Shown: one piece after another, positions 31,027 through 41,487 of the stretch | How positions within the stretch are numbered: the first letter of the stretch is position 1 | How the letters are laid out: each line of letters starts with the position of its first letter | From: Prolixibacteraceae bacterium | GTDB lineage: Bacteria; Bacteroidota; Bacteroidia; Bacteroidales; Prolixibacteraceae | Length of the DNA stretch: 64,000 nt | Direction: 5' to 3' | Assembly: GCA_025355875.1 (NCBI GenBank) | Contig: JANXYV010000212.1 | Span: 5,844 to 69,843 of the forward strand | Notes under the pieces: generated by a model | The model's input: the letters and a program-made list of their open reading frames with translations, nothing else | Told to the model about the DNA's origin: nothing | Databases searched by the model: none | Translations under genes and position numbers: made by a program

Positions 31027-31908
31027 ATGATCAAAAAACCCATTTCGCCGGAAATTCGCCAGCAATTGATCTTCGCCCAGCGAGAAGAAATTACGGAGTA
31101 CCATATTTATAACAGGCTGGCTGATCAAACACGCGACCCGGAAAACCAGAAGGTATTGCGACAAATTGCCAATGACGAATTGAAACATTATAAAATGTGG
31201 GCGGCTTACACAAACAAGGAAGTTTCGCCCAGTCATTGGGAGGTCCGAAAGTATTACTGGATATCCAAAGTTCTAGGGCTGACTTTTGGACTGAAACTGA
31301 TGGAAAAGGGCGAAGAGAAAGCCCAGATCAATTATGCTCTGATTTCAACTGAGGTTCCTGAAGCACTATCGGTAGCTGAAGATGAAAACCATCATGAAAA
31401 GGAATTGATCGGGCTGATTCAGGAAGAGCACCTTAAATATATGGGTTCGATCGTTTTGGGCCTGAACGATGCCCTGGTAGAAATTCTGGGAACGCTGGCG
31501 GGTTTGACTTTTGCCCTTCAGAACACAAAACTGGTGGGTTTGGTCGGAATAATTACCGGAATAGCTGGCGCATTGTCGATGTCATCATCCGAATATCTGT
31601 CAAATAAAGCCGACGGGAATCACGAGCAGGCGATAAAATCTTCCATTTTTACTGGTATTGCCTACATTATTGCGGTGGTGTTCCTGATTGCGCCTTACCT
31701 GATTTTCAAATCGCCGTTCATCGCGTTGATAGTAGCTTTGATCAACTCAGTCATCATTGTTTTCCTGTTTACCTATTACCTGTCAGTAGCCAGCGATCAA
31801 CCATTCCGGAAGCGATTCACCGAGATGGTGGTCTTGAGCACAACGGTCAGTCTCATTTCCTTCGGATTAGGTTATTTGGTGAGAGTAATGTTCGGGATTG
31901 ATCTATAG
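31027..31908 (+). CDS. Ferritin-like (rubrerythrin) N-domain + VIT1/CCC1 iron transporter, MbfA-like
   Basis: ExxH pairs (ELKH, ENHH), SIVLGLNDALVE, ALSMSSSEYLS, five TM segments. Confidence 0.85.
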   Translation: MIKKPISPEIRQQLIFAQREEITEYHIYNRLADQTRDPENQKVLRQIANDELKHYKMWAAYTNKEVSPSHWEVRKYYWISKVLGLTFGLKLMEKGEEKAQINYALISTEVPEALSVAEDENHHEKELIGLIQEEHLKYMGSIVLGLNDALVEILGTLAGLTFALQNTKLVGLVGIITGIAGALSMSSSEYLSNKADGNHEQAIKSSIFTGIAYIIAVVFLIAPYLIFKSPFIALIVALINSVIIVFLFTYYLSVASDQPFRKRFTEMVVLSTTVSLISFGLGYLVRVMFGIDL

Positions 31909-31910
31909 AT

Positions 31911-32063
31911 GCCCCCTTCCTGTTCCCCCAAAATGGGGGAAAGCCTTGGAAGAAGAAGATTCGGAACACTAATTTTCAAAGAAAAAATTAAAATGACTGA
32001 AACAATAAAACTTCCGAAATCCAATAATTCATCCGCCTCCTTCGGAGCGGTTCGGGGGGGCTT
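31911..32063 (+). repeat. REPIN-like inverted doublet of GC-rich REP units
   Basis: Left GCCCCCTTCCTGTTCCCCCAAAATGGGGGAAAG (31911-31943); right CCGCCTCCTTCGGAGCGGTTCGGGGGGGCTT (32033-32063); spacer arms TTGGA..TTCGGAA / TTCCGAAATCCAA. Confidence 0.7.
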
Positions 32064-32733
32064 CAATTCTATTTCCAAGCTCATTCAGCAGGGCGAGCAC
32101 CAGCAACAGGATTTTAAATTCTGCATCAGCGACTCACGTAAAATTGCCCGCACCCTCGTGGCTTTTGCCAATACCGACGGCGGACGTTTGCTGGTGGGAG
32201 TGAAAGATAATGGCCGCATTGCCGGGGTTCGGTCCGATGAAGAATACTATATGGTTGAATCTGCCGCCAAAATGTATTCGAATCCTCCGATTGAATTTTC
32301 AACTCAACAACATTTTGTAGAAGGCAAAACAGTTCTGGAAGTCAATGTGGAACCAAGTATTGAAAAGCCTCATTTTGCGCGCAGCGAAGAAGGAAAATGG
32401 TGGGCTTATTTCAGGAAAGACGACGAAAACCGGTTGGCCAGTAAAATCATGATTGAAGTTTGGAAACGGCAAAAAAGTACGGAGGGTATCCTGATCAACT
32501 ATACCGATGCCGAAAAATGTCTGCTCGATTATCTGGAAGTCAATGAAAGGATTTCGGTCAGCAAATTTGCACGAATTGCCCATGTCAGTTATCAAAAGGC
32601 AGAACAGATTATCATCAACTTCAGGACATTAAATATTCTGAAGGATTGTGTTGGCGATACCCGGATTGATTACGGAATCAATGAAAACTTTGACCGGAAA
32701 GAATGGGAATCCAAAACAAGACCGGAAAGATGA
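31993..32733 (+). CDS. AlbA_2 (Schlafen-like) domain protein with C-terminal HTH
   Basis: GEHQQQDFK, IARTLVAFANTDGGRLLVGVKDNG. Start at 31993 or 31909 (same frame). Confidence 0.8.
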   Translation: MTETIKLPKSNNSSASFGAVRGGFNSISKLIQQGEHQQQDFKFCISDSRKIARTLVAFANTDGGRLLVGVKDNGRIAGVRSDEEYYMVESAAKMYSNPPIEFSTQQHFVEGKTVLEVNVEPSIEKPHFARSEEGKWWAYFRKDDENRLASKIMIEVWKRQKSTEGILINYTDAEKCLLDYLEVNERISVSKFARIAHVSYQKAEQIIINFRTLNILKDCVGDTRIDYGINENFDRKEWESKTRPER

Positions 32734-32871
32734 TTGATATTGCACCGGCAGGCAATTATTAACATTTTTGAAATCAGTAAAAGACCAATTTCGACTATTT
32801 TTACCTTTTAAGAGAAAATCAGTTTCTTTCAATTGAAACTATGAAAATTAAAAACGAAAATTAAGTTTACC

Positions 32872-34023
32872 ATGAACATAAAATCTATCCTCTTTCTTCT
32901 CCTGTTGATTGGTTATCAGCAGCTTTACAGCCAGGAAAACTACAAAACAGTTTCAACAGTAGACTCGACAAAGGTTTATACTGGAGGATCAGCCTATAAA
33001 GTCAAAACCTTCGCTCAGAAGTTTAAATCCGAAAAACCCAAAAATGTGATCATGATGATCGGCGACGGAATGGGAGTTGCGCAGGTTTATGCCGGACTGA
33101 CAGCTAATCATGGCCATCTTTTTCTCGATAACTTCAAATGTATTGGTTTTTCGAAAACCCAATCTTCCGACAATTATATTACCGATTCGGCTGCGGGAGG
33201 TACCGCACTTTCGGCAGGTCAGAAAACCTACAATGGCGCAATTGCAGTAAATACCGACACTGTTCCTATTAAAACGATTCTGGAAATGGCGGAAGAAAAA
33301 GGTTTGGCAACCGGACTGGTTGCAACCTCGTCGATTACCCATGCCACACCAGCTGCTTACATTGCCCATCAGGGTGGCCGAGAAAGTTATGAAAACATTG
33401 CAGCCGACTTCCTTAAATCAGATATTGACGTATTTATTGGCGGAGGCTACAAGCATTTTACCGAGCGTGCTGATAAACGAGATCTGACCAAAGACCTTCA
33501 GGCAAAAGGTTATCAGGTATTGCGCAATATGGACGATATTTATAAAGTAAAAAGTGGCAGACTGGCTGGCTTAACTGCCCTTGAGCACAACGAACCGGTT
33601 CCAAAACGTAAAATGAGTCTGCCACGCTCGACAGAAACCGCTCTGAATATTCTCGGTCAAAATAAAAAGGGATTTTTCATCATGATTGAAGGTTCTCAAA
33701 TCGACTGGGGTGGCCATCAAAACAATACCGGATATATTGTCCGCGAAATGCTCGATTTTGATCAGGCGATTGGCGAAGCGCTGCAGTTTGCCGCAAAAGA
33801 CGGGGAAACACTCATTATTGTTACCGCTGACCACGAAACCGGAGGTTTGGCGCTGACTGGTGGCGACATGAAAACCGGCATGGTAAAAGGAGCCTTTTCG
33901 ACCAATGACCATACCGGAGTGATGGTTCCTGTTTTCTCCTATGGCCCTGGTGCTGAAAATTTTACCGGCATCATGGAAAATACGGATATCGCAAAAAGGA
34001 TCATCGACTTGCTGGGCCTTTAA
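32872..34023 (+). CDS. phoA: Alkaline phosphatase
   Basis: MIGDGMG, TDSAAGGTA, THATPA, EGSQIDWGGH, VTADHETGG, DHT. Confidence 0.92.
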   Translation: MNIKSILFLLLLIGYQQLYSQENYKTVSTVDSTKVYTGGSAYKVKTFAQKFKSEKPKNVIMMIGDGMGVAQVYAGLTANHGHLFLDNFKCIGFSKTQSSDNYITDSAAGGTALSAGQKTYNGAIAVNTDTVPIKTILEMAEEKGLATGLVATSSITHATPAAYIAHQGGRESYENIAADFLKSDIDVFIGGGYKHFTERADKRDLTKDLQAKGYQVLRNMDDIYKVKSGRLAGLTALEHNEPVPKRKMSLPRSTETALNILGQNKKGFFIMIEGSQIDWGGHQNNTGYIVREMLDFDQAIGEALQFAAKDGETLIIVTADHETGGLALTGGDMKTGMVKGAFSTNDHTGVMVPVFSYGPGAENFTGIMENTDIAKRIIDLLGL

Positions 34024-34124
34024 GTCCCGCACTGACGCATTATTGAAAAAATCAGGATAGAAGGCTTTCATTTTATCCTTTGTTTTTTACTTTTAGCGTT
34101 TCAAACATTGCCAATTGAAAGATC

Positions 34125-35075
34125 ATGTTGAATAATTCGCTGGAAGTTCTTGATCATGTCCGCCTTAATTTTTCATCTTCAGGATTAATATTTCTGAATA
34201 TCGCACTCTCATTTGTCATGTTTGGCATTGCCCTTGAAATTCAGGTAGAAAATTTCGAAGCGATCATCCGAAAACCAAAGCCAGCCATTGTAGGATATAT
34301 CAGCCAGACGTTTTTGTTACCTGCTTTTACCTTCCTTCTGGTCCTTTTGCTGAACCCTACTCCTACTGTCGCGCTGGGAATGATTCTGGTATCGGCTTGT
34401 CCGGGAGGGAATATTTCGAATTTTATCAGCTCAATGGCCAAAGGAAATGTGGCCCTTGCAGTAAGTTTGACTGCAATTTCAACGTCCACTGCAATCTTTT
34501 TTACACCCTTCAATTTTGCTTTCTGGGGGAACCTTTACATCCGGTTTTACAATGCCCATAGTTCCGCTGGCCTTGTACGACCTTTGGAAATCGACAAATA
34601 TCAAATGTTTCAGACTGTTTTTATCCTGCTTGGCATCCCGGTAATTTTAGGATTGTTTGTGGCTAAAAAATTTCCCAAACTCACCGGAAAAATCAAAAAA
34701 CCAATCAACAAAGGATCTTTACTATTCTTCGTTACGATGGTTATTGTGTTGCTTTCGGCCAATTTTTCACAATTCACCAGTTTTGTTCATTTGGTGTTCA
34801 TTTTTGTATTAATACAGAATTTACTGGCGATGGCAACCGGATTTTATTTCGGAAAGCTCAATCGATTGTCGGTTCGTGACCAGCGCACCCTGGCCATCGA
34901 AACCGGTATCCATAATTCCGGACTGGCACTGGCGCTCATATTTAACCCGAAAATATTCCCTCCTGAACTGGAATTGGGCGGGATGGCCATTATTGCCGCC
35001 TGGTGGGGCATCTGGCATATCATCAGCGGCCTTTCTGTCGCCTATTTCTGGTCGCGAAAACCTATAATTGCTTAA
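34125..35075 (+). CDS. Bile acid:sodium symporter family transporter
   Basis: CPGGNISN, GNVALAVSLT, IETGIHNSGL. Confidence 0.9.
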   Translation: MLNNSLEVLDHVRLNFSSSGLIFLNIALSFVMFGIALEIQVENFEAIIRKPKPAIVGYISQTFLLPAFTFLLVLLLNPTPTVALGMILVSACPGGNISNFISSMAKGNVALAVSLTAISTSTAIFFTPFNFAFWGNLYIRFYNAHSSAGLVRPLEIDKYQMFQTVFILLGIPVILGLFVAKKFPKLTGKIKKPINKGSLLFFVTMVIVLLSANFSQFTSFVHLVFIFVLIQNLLAMATGFYFGKLNRLSVRDQRTLAIETGIHNSGLALALIFNPKIFPPELELGGMAIIAAWWGIWHIISGLSVAYFWSRKPIIA

Positions 35076-35076
35076 A

Positions 35077-36420
35077 ATGAAAAATTGGTCACTTGGATAT
35101 GAATTACTCAGGATTTACGTGCGCTTCGCCTTTTGGCTCACGCACAAACGCATTGTGGTGTCAGGCCGAAATACTATTCCTAAAGACAAACCTATCATTT
35201 TTGCGGCTAACCACCAGAATGCCCTGATGGACTCTCTTTCGCTGGTTTGCACCAATCCCCGGCAATCGGTTTGGCTGGCCCGGGCCGATATTTTTAAGTC
35301 GAAAATAGCCCGCCCAATCCTGAAGTTTCTGAAAATGGCACCGGTATATCGCTTGCGCGATGGGAAAGATAGCCTCTCGAACAATGAACAGATTTTTGCT
35401 TTGGTTACCGATATTCTGGAAAACAAAGATTCGGTCTGCCTTTTTCCGGAAGCGGCGCATTCGGGACGCAGGCAAATGCTCACTCACAAAAAAGCCATAC
35501 CACGAATTGCCCTCGAAGCGGAAGAAAAAAACCAGTTTAAACTTGGATTGCAGATCGTACCAGTCGGTATTTTTTACAGTCATTACTGGGCGTTCGACCG
35601 CAGTTTACTGGTGCAATATGGCGAACCAATTGAAGTCGACAAATACCAGGAAGAATATTTATTGAACCCGCAGAAAGCCATGCTGGTATTGCGTGACGAA
35701 ATTTATGACCGACTCGCTCCGCTGACCATTCAAATTAACAGTGAATCTTTTTACTCCGACTATGAAAACATTCGTCTTCTTGCCGGAAAAACTTACTCAA
35801 AAACCCGCCACTTCAGTAAAAACAGGACGATCCAGCAGTTTCAAGCTGATCAAGATTTAGTTAAAAAGCTTGAAATATTCGAATCGGTTCAACCCGAATT
35901 TTTTCATGATTTGATCGGGCAGACCCGAACTTATTTTTCTGAACTTGCCTCAAAAAACCTGAGCGATGAACTGGTTGAAACTTCGTCAAAAACCGGATGG
36001 GTGATATTTCTACTTCATTTTTGCTTCCTGGCACTTTCAATGCCCGTTTTCTCTTTCGGATTCATTTTCAATGCTTTGCCTTTCTTTCTACCTCGAAATC
36101 TATTCGGCAAGAAAGTAAAAGATATGGCATTCATGAGCACTTTCAATTTTGCATCCGGCCTTTTCATTTTTCCACTGATCTATTTTCTGGAGTCTGGAAT
36201 TGTATTTGCCCTGACAAATTCGTGGGCAATCTCGGTTTCATGTCTGATTTTGATGCCGTTCATTGGGAAAATAGCCTATAAACTCCTGAAGTTTTATCAT
36301 CTTTTCCTAAATGAAATGAGATTCCTGTTTGGAAATAAAACATTTAGAAACGACCTGAAACAATTGCTTATTCAACGAAAGAATCTGGCAGATTTGATCA
36401 TCGAAAAGATAAAGCTCTAA
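35077..36420 (+). CDS. 1-acyl-sn-glycerol-3-phosphate acyltransferase family protein with C-terminal TM helices
   Basis: ANHQNALMD, LARADIF, LFPEA, PVGIFY. Confidence 0.85.
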   Translation: MKNWSLGYELLRIYVRFAFWLTHKRIVVSGRNTIPKDKPIIFAANHQNALMDSLSLVCTNPRQSVWLARADIFKSKIARPILKFLKMAPVYRLRDGKDSLSNNEQIFALVTDILENKDSVCLFPEAAHSGRRQMLTHKKAIPRIALEAEEKNQFKLGLQIVPVGIFYSHYWAFDRSLLVQYGEPIEVDKYQEEYLLNPQKAMLVLRDEIYDRLAPLTIQINSESFYSDYENIRLLAGKTYSKTRHFSKNRTIQQFQADQDLVKKLEIFESVQPEFFHDLIGQTRTYFSELASKNLSDELVETSSKTGWVIFLLHFCFLALSMPVFSFGFIFNALPFFLPRNLFGKKVKDMAFMSTFNFASGLFIFPLIYFLESGIVFALTNSWAISVSCLILMPFIGKIAYKLLKFYHLFLNEMRFLFGNKTFRNDLKQLLIQRKNLADLIIEKIKL

Positions 36421-36464
36421 TTTAGAAAGATTTATAGTAGCATTTGCAGCACAACTCTGAACGG

Positions 36465-37028
36465 ATGGAATTATTAACAGTATTTTTTCTTGCCATTGGC
36501 TTATCGTTCGATTCATTTGCCGTTTCGGTATGCAGCGGACTGAACCTTCCACATATCCGTTTTTTTCAGGCCGCAAAAATCGCCATCTTTTTAGCGCTTT
36601 TTCAGGCTGCCATGCCGCTGATTGGTTGGTTCATCGGGAACAGCATGAAATCGCTCATCGAACCGGTCGATCACTGGATCGCATTTGGGCTGCTCAGTTT
36701 GATCGGAGGGAAAATGATTATTGAAGGGTTTACCGACTCGGAGACACGTGAAATTAAAAATCCTTTAAATATAAAGGTAATCCTTATGCTATCGCTGGCT
36801 ACAAGTATTGATGCACTAGCAGTTGGTTTCAGTTTTGCCACTTTTTGGGATAAAATCGTTCTTGCAATAGCAATAATAGGTTCGGTAACATTTATCGCTT
36901 CGATGCTCGGAATTTTGCTCGGTAAAAAAATTGGACCTAAATTTACCCACTATTCGGAAATTGCCGGAGGACTTATCCTGATTTTTATTGGTGCCAAAAT
37001 ATTGATCGATCATCTGCTTCATTCATAA
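36465..37028 (+). CDS. mntP: Manganese efflux pump MntP
   Basis: AIGLSFDSFAVS, FQAAMPLIGW, DHWIAF, ATSIDALAVG, GGLILIFIG. Start moved to ATG 36465. Confidence 0.92.
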   Translation: MELLTVFFLAIGLSFDSFAVSVCSGLNLPHIRFFQAAKIAIFLALFQAAMPLIGWFIGNSMKSLIEPVDHWIAFGLLSLIGGKMIIEGFTDSETREIKNPLNIKVILMLSLATSIDALAVGFSFATFWDKIVLAIAIIGSVTFIASMLGILLGKKIGPKFTHYSEIAGGLILIFIGAKILIDHLLHS

Positions 37029-37162
37029 GCTACTGCATATACGAAGCGACGAACTATCCGGCAAACTTCAGAAATTTCTTTGAATGATTATCATATTTTG
37101 GTACTTTCACCCAACCAAATATCGATTAAACGAACATCATGCTGGTTTAAAAAATTCGCAGA

Positions 37163-38944
37163 ATGAATATTGACAACTATTTGATCACGCCACTTTTTCT
37201 CCTGCTGATCATTGGCGGGGTGATTAATTTGACGACTTTTTTCTTTTTGCTAAAACTGAGAAAATCCGCTGGCGTAAAGTATTGGCTGGCTTGGCAGATT
37301 GCCACATCGATCTGGGCTTTTACTTATGCCCTCGAATATGGGGCCACCGACATTGAAACCAAAATATTTTGGTCAAAGTTTTCATACTTCGGAATCGTTT
37401 ACAGTACGGTTTCTTTCCTGTTTTTTTCGCTTGACTATTCCTCTCAGGCAAGGTTCCTGAATAAAAAGATTGTTACTGCACTGTATGCAATTGCCAGTAT
37501 TTTAATACTCTCGCCTTTTACAAACGGCTCACACCATCTTCACTGGATCAGCTATTCGATCAATTCAAGTACCAATACCACCAGCTATGTTTATGGACCA
37601 TTTTTTTGGATCATTTTTACATTCTTATATGCCAACCTTACCATCGGAATAATTAATATTGTTGTATTCTTTTTCAGATTATCGGGCTTTTACAGAAAGC
37701 AAATCGTGCTTGTATTTATTGCTTCACTCTTTCCTCTCGCCGGAAATCTGATATACGTGTTTCAGATAAACCCAATTCCCGGATTTGACTGGACTCCTTT
37801 CAGCTTCCTGATTACAGGTATCCTGATTGCAATAAATATCTCGCATTTCAAATTGTTCGATTTGGTTCCATTTGCCCGGAATAAATTGTTCGACATTTTA
37901 CCCGATGGAATTTTAATTACCGATCAGTCGATGAGGATTGCTGATTTTAACCCGGCAATGCAAAATTTAATGAACAACAAGCTGACCAACATTATCGGGA
38001 GCAATGTCAGCGAAGTCTTCCCACATCGCCTTGAATTAATTCAGGAAATAATAAGTAAGGAAGACTTTGAAACAGTTATTACCCACGAATCTGGCGCGAA
38101 TATCAGCCATTTTGAGTTCAAGTGCATTGCCCTGCGCGACCAAAGCAACCAGGTCAACGGAAGGCTGATCCTATTAAATGATATTACAGCACAGGTTATG
38201 GCTGAAAAAGAAATAAAGGATACCAACAGTGTACTCACCAAAGAAATTCAGGAAAAAGAAAAACTCATTGACGATTTGGATGCTTTTTCGCACACCGTGG
38301 CACACGACCTGAAAAATATGCTAGGGGCAATTGTTTCGGCAAGCGAATTTATTCATACCGATTTTGATAGCCTGCCAAAGGAAACGATTCTGGAAATAGT
38401 TGATTTAATTTACAATTCGGCAAATAAAACGCTCCATGTAACCACCGAATTACTGACTTTGGCCACTGTCCGCCAACAGGAAATAAAAATGGTTGGGATC
38501 GATATGCAAAATGTTGTTCTGGATTCGGTGTCCCGTCTTAAAGCAATGATTCAAAGCAACGAAGCAAGCGTTGGTTTTCCTGATGAATGGCCTGTGGTTT
38601 TTGGTTATGGAGCCTGGCTCGAAGAAGTTTGGGTCAACTACATAAGCAACGGCATCAAATATGGAGGTACTCCGGCACTGCTTCAGATTGGTGCCGAAAT
38701 ACTTCCCGGAAACAGGGTGAAATACTGGATAAAAGACAATGGGAAAGGACTCTCGTCTGTTGAAATTGCACAACTCTTCAGTAAATTTACACGACTCGAC
38801 CCAATCCGGGCTGAAGGTCACGGACTGGGGCTTTCCATCGTCAAACGCATCATCGAAAAACTGAACGGCGAAGTTGGGGTCGAAAGCGCCAATATTCCGG
38901 GCGAAGGATCATTGTTCTATTTTATATTGCCGCTGGCAGGGTAA
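37163..38944 (+). CDS. Sensor histidine kinase (HisKA_7TM-type N-terminus, PAS, HisKA, HATPase)
   Basis: Seven TM segments, DAFSHTVAHDLKN H-box, NYISNGIKYG, DNGKG, GHGLGLSIV. No cognate regulator adjacent. Confidence 0.9.
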   Translation: MNIDNYLITPLFLLLIIGGVINLTTFFFLLKLRKSAGVKYWLAWQIATSIWAFTYALEYGATDIETKIFWSKFSYFGIVYSTVSFLFFSLDYSSQARFLNKKIVTALYAIASILILSPFTNGSHHLHWISYSINSSTNTTSYVYGPFFWIIFTFLYANLTIGIINIVVFFFRLSGFYRKQIVLVFIASLFPLAGNLIYVFQINPIPGFDWTPFSFLITGILIAINISHFKLFDLVPFARNKLFDILPDGILITDQSMRIADFNPAMQNLMNNKLTNIIGSNVSEVFPHRLELIQEIISKEDFETVITHESGANISHFEFKCIALRDQSNQVNGRLILLNDITAQVMAEKEIKDTNSVLTKEIQEKEKLIDDLDAFSHTVAHDLKNMLGAIVSASEFIHTDFDSLPKETILEIVDLIYNSANKTLHVTTELLTLATVRQQEIKMVGIDMQNVVLDSVSRLKAMIQSNEASVGFPDEWPVVFGYGAWLEEVWVNYISNGIKYGGTPALLQIGAEILPGNRVKYWIKDNGKGLSSVEIAQLFSKFTRLDPIRAEGHGLGLSIVKRIIEKLNGEVGVESANIPGEGSLFYFILPLAG

Positions 38945-38946
38945 AT

Positions 38947-38983
38947 AAAAAAAGCCGCTTCAAAATTTCTTCTGAAACGGCTT
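38947..38983. terminator. Probably bidirectional terminator between the kinase gene and der
   Basis: AAAAAAAGCCGCTTCA...TGAAACGGCTT stem. Confidence 0.65.
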
Positions 38984-39002
38984 CCTCATCTTGTCTTCCG
39001 AA

Positions 39003-40310
39003 TTATTTTTTCCGGATATAAATCTGAATCGGAACTCCCGAAAAATTAAAGTTCTCGCGGATTTTATTTTCGAGATAACGCCGGTAGGCTTCCTTTACAT
39101 ACTGCGGAAGATTGGCGAAGAAAGCAAAACTCGGCGTTTGGCTGGGTAGCTGTACCACATATTTGATTTTCACGTACTTCCCTTTGATCGATGGCGGAGG
39201 GTAGGCTTCGATCGCCTTGAGCATCACATCATTCAGTTCCGAAGTTTTGATTTTTTTGCTCCGGTTCTCAAAAACCTCAACGGCTGTTTCCAGCGCTTTC
39301 AGGATACGTTGCTTGGTTAATGCCGAAATGAACATGATCGGAACATCGACAAACGGCGCAATCCGCTCTTTAATCTGTTTGGTAAACTCAATGGTGCTCG
39401 AATTATCTTTCTCGACCAAATCCCATTTATTCACCAAAATCACCAGACCTTTTTTGTTCCGGTCGATCAGGTGGAAAATGGAAACATCCTGAGCCTCCAT
39501 TCCGCGGGTGGCATCCAGAATCAGAATACAAACATCCGAATCTTCAATGGCCCGGATGGAGCGCATGGTCGAGTAAAATTCAACATCTTCCTTTACCCGG
39601 GTGCGTTTGCGTAATCCCGCAGTATCGATCAGGTAAAAGTCATGCCCAAATTGATTGTATCGGGTATGAATGGCATCGCGGGTAGTTCCGGCAATATCGG
39701 TTACCATGTTGCGCTCTTTGCCAATCAAAGCGTTAATAAACGATGATTTGCCCACATTGGGCCGACCAATGATCGCGAATCGCGGAACATTCTCTTCGGT
39801 CTCTTCCGGATCATCCTTAGGGAATGTTTCAACAATGGCATCGAGCAATTCGCCGGTACCGCTTCCGGTCATCGACGAAATACAATAGATTTCTCCTAAT
39901 CCAAGCGAATAAAATTCATGTGAATCGATAATCCGCTTGTTGTTATCTACCTTATTAACGGCAATGAACACGTTTTTTCGGGAACGGCGCAGCACAGCAG
40001 CCACTTCTTCGTCCATATCGGTCACCCCGTTTTCGACGTCAACTACAAACAAAATCACGTCTGCTTCCTCAATAGCCAGCATCACCTGTTTGCGGATTTC
40101 CCCCTCAAAAATATCTTCCGCTGTAACCGCGTAACCACCGGTATCGATGATCGAGAAATCGATTCCATTCCATACCCCTTTCCCATATTGACGGTCGCGT
40201 GTTACGCCTGCTGATTCGTCAACAATGGCCTTCCTCGACTCGGTCATCCGGTTAAAAAGCGTTGATTTGCCAACATTTGGCCGTCCTACTATTGCAATAA
40301 TGTTACTCAT
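39003..40310 (-). CDS. der: Ribosome biogenesis GTPase Der/EngA
   Basis: Two GRPNVGKS P-loops, DTGG, DTAG, NKVD/NKWD, KH-like C-terminus. Confidence 0.98.
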   Translation of the reverse strand: MSNIIAIVGRPNVGKSTLFNRMTESRKAIVDESAGVTRDRQYGKGVWNGIDFSIIDTGGYAVTAEDIFEGEIRKQVMLAIEEADVILFVVDVENGVTDMDEEVAAVLRRSRKNVFIAVNKVDNNKRIIDSHEFYSLGLGEIYCISSMTGSGTGELLDAIVETFPKDDPEETEENVPRFAIIGRPNVGKSSFINALIGKERNMVTDIAGTTRDAIHTRYNQFGHDFYLIDTAGLRKRTRVKEDVEFYSTMRSIRAIEDSDVCILILDATRGMEAQDVSIFHLIDRNKKGLVILVNKWDLVEKDNSSTIEFTKQIKERIAPFVDVPIMFISALTKQRILKALETAVEVFENRSKKIKTSELNDVMLKAIEAYPPPSIKGKYVKIKYVVQLPSQTPSFAFFANLPQYVKEAYRRYLENKIRENFNFSGVPIQIYIRKK

Positions 40311-40312
40311 AT

Positions 40313-40449
40313 AGCCTCCCCAACCCCTCTGAAGGAGGGGCTTTTGGTTTTTCTGTTAAATTTGTTAATCTCTCTAATTCTGAAACTCCTTCAAAATTGC
40401 ACTGGTGTTTTTAAGCCCTCCCTTTCGGGGAGGGTTTGGGAGGGGCTTT
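40313..40449 (-). repeat. REPIN-like inverted doublet of GC-rich REP units in the era-der spacer
   Basis: Plus strand AGCCTCCCCAACCCCTCTGAAGGAGGGGC (40313-40341) and AAGCCCTCCCTTTCGGGGAGGGTTTGGGAGGGGCTTT (40413-40449), mutually inverted, about 70 nt apart. Confidence 0.75.
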
Positions 40450-40452
40450 CTT

Positions 40453-41337
40453 CTATTCCATATCGTATCCAAACCCGCCCAGCGAGCGATCTTTGTCGCG
40501 CCAGTCTTTGTTCACTTTCACGAATAGCTGAAGGAAGATTTTCTTCTGAAAGAATTCTTCCATATCCAGACGGGCTTCTGTTCCAACCCGTTTCAATGCG
40601 CTTCCCTGATGCCCGATGATGATACCTTTCTGGCTTTCGCGATTCACATGGATCACACACATCAGGTTCAGTATTTTTTCTTCTTCCTTAAACTGTTCCA
40701 CTTCCACCTCAACCGAATAGGGAACTTCCTGATCGTAATTCAGGAGAATTTTCTCGCGGATGATTTCGCTCACAAAGAAACGTTCGTTCCGGTCGGTCAT
40801 TTCATCTTTCGGAAAATAGGCCGGCCCTTCAGGAAGCAATTCCAAAATATGATCGAAAATTTGCGCCACGTTAAATTTTTCGGTGGCCGAAATTGCATAC
40901 ACGTGGGCAAGAGGTAATTTCTCGCACCAGAAATTGTAAAGCTCCATCACTCTTTCCTGGGTCGACAAGTCAATCTTGTTAATCAGCACAATGACGGCGG
41001 CTTCCGAACTTTTTATACGCTCGATGTATTCCTCGTTTTTTCCGGGCGATTCAATCACATCGGTTACATACAGAATTACATCTGCGTCGATCAGAGCGGT
41101 ATTCACAAACTTCATCATGGTTTCCTGAAGCTTGTAATTCGGTTTCAGGATACCCGGAGTATCAGAGTATACAATCTGGAAATCCTCGCCATTCACGATC
41201 CCTTTGATGCGGTGGCGGGTAGTCTGCATTTTCGAGGTAATAATCGACAAACGCTCGCCCACCAGTACATTCATGATGGTCGATTTCCCGACATTAGGGT
41301 TTCCAATGATGTTTACAAATCCGGATTTATGCGCCAT
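40453..41337 (-). CDS. era: GTPase Era
   Basis: GNPNVGKST, QTTR, DTPG, NKID, EVPYS, KH domain GIIIGHQG. Confidence 0.98.
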   Translation of the reverse strand: MAHKSGFVNIIGNPNVGKSTIMNVLVGERLSIITSKMQTTRHRIKGIVNGEDFQIVYSDTPGILKPNYKLQETMMKFVNTALIDADVILYVTDVIESPGKNEEYIERIKSSEAAVIVLINKIDLSTQERVMELYNFWCEKLPLAHVYAISATEKFNVAQIFDHILELLPEGPAYFPKDEMTDRNERFFVSEIIREKILLNYDQEVPYSVEVEVEQFKEEEKILNLMCVIHVNRESQKGIIIGHQGSALKRVGTEARLDMEEFFQKKIFLQLFVKVNKDWRDKDRSLGGFGYDME

Positions 41338-41370
41338 AAAGTTCTGAATGAAGGTTTAAAAAAATCTGCG

Positions 41371-41378
41371 CAAAGGTA
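41371..41378 (-). promoter_or_regulatory. Bacteroidota -7 promoter element for era-der
   Basis: TACCTTTG matches TAnnTTTG, about 35 nt upstream of era. Confidence 0.55.
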
Positions 41379-41487
41379 ATCAATTAATTAGTTTATTGGA
41401 AGTTCGACACCCCCGGAGAGCTTAGGTTAATTTTTTGGTTGTTTGGTGAAGTGAATCAGTGTGTATGGGAAATAGTAGGTAAGGCTG

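Noticed and set aside
31993-32733. AlbA_2/Schlafen protein as an anti-phage tRNase
   Set aside because: Host-like composition, housekeeping context, and resemblance to a widespread Bacteroidota family. Only the repeat-derived N-terminus is flagged.
36420-36465. yybP-ykoY Mn riboswitch upstream of mntP
   Set aside because: Only about 44 nt separate it from the upstream stop; there is no room or structure for the riboswitch.
40344-40660. ORFs 40344-40619 (+) and 40391-40660 (-)
   Set aside because: They span the REP doublet and the era 3' end; artefacts of the GC-rich repeat.
41395-41425. GTTCGA T-loop-like sequence upstream of era
   Set aside because: No cloverleaf or acceptor stem can be built around it.
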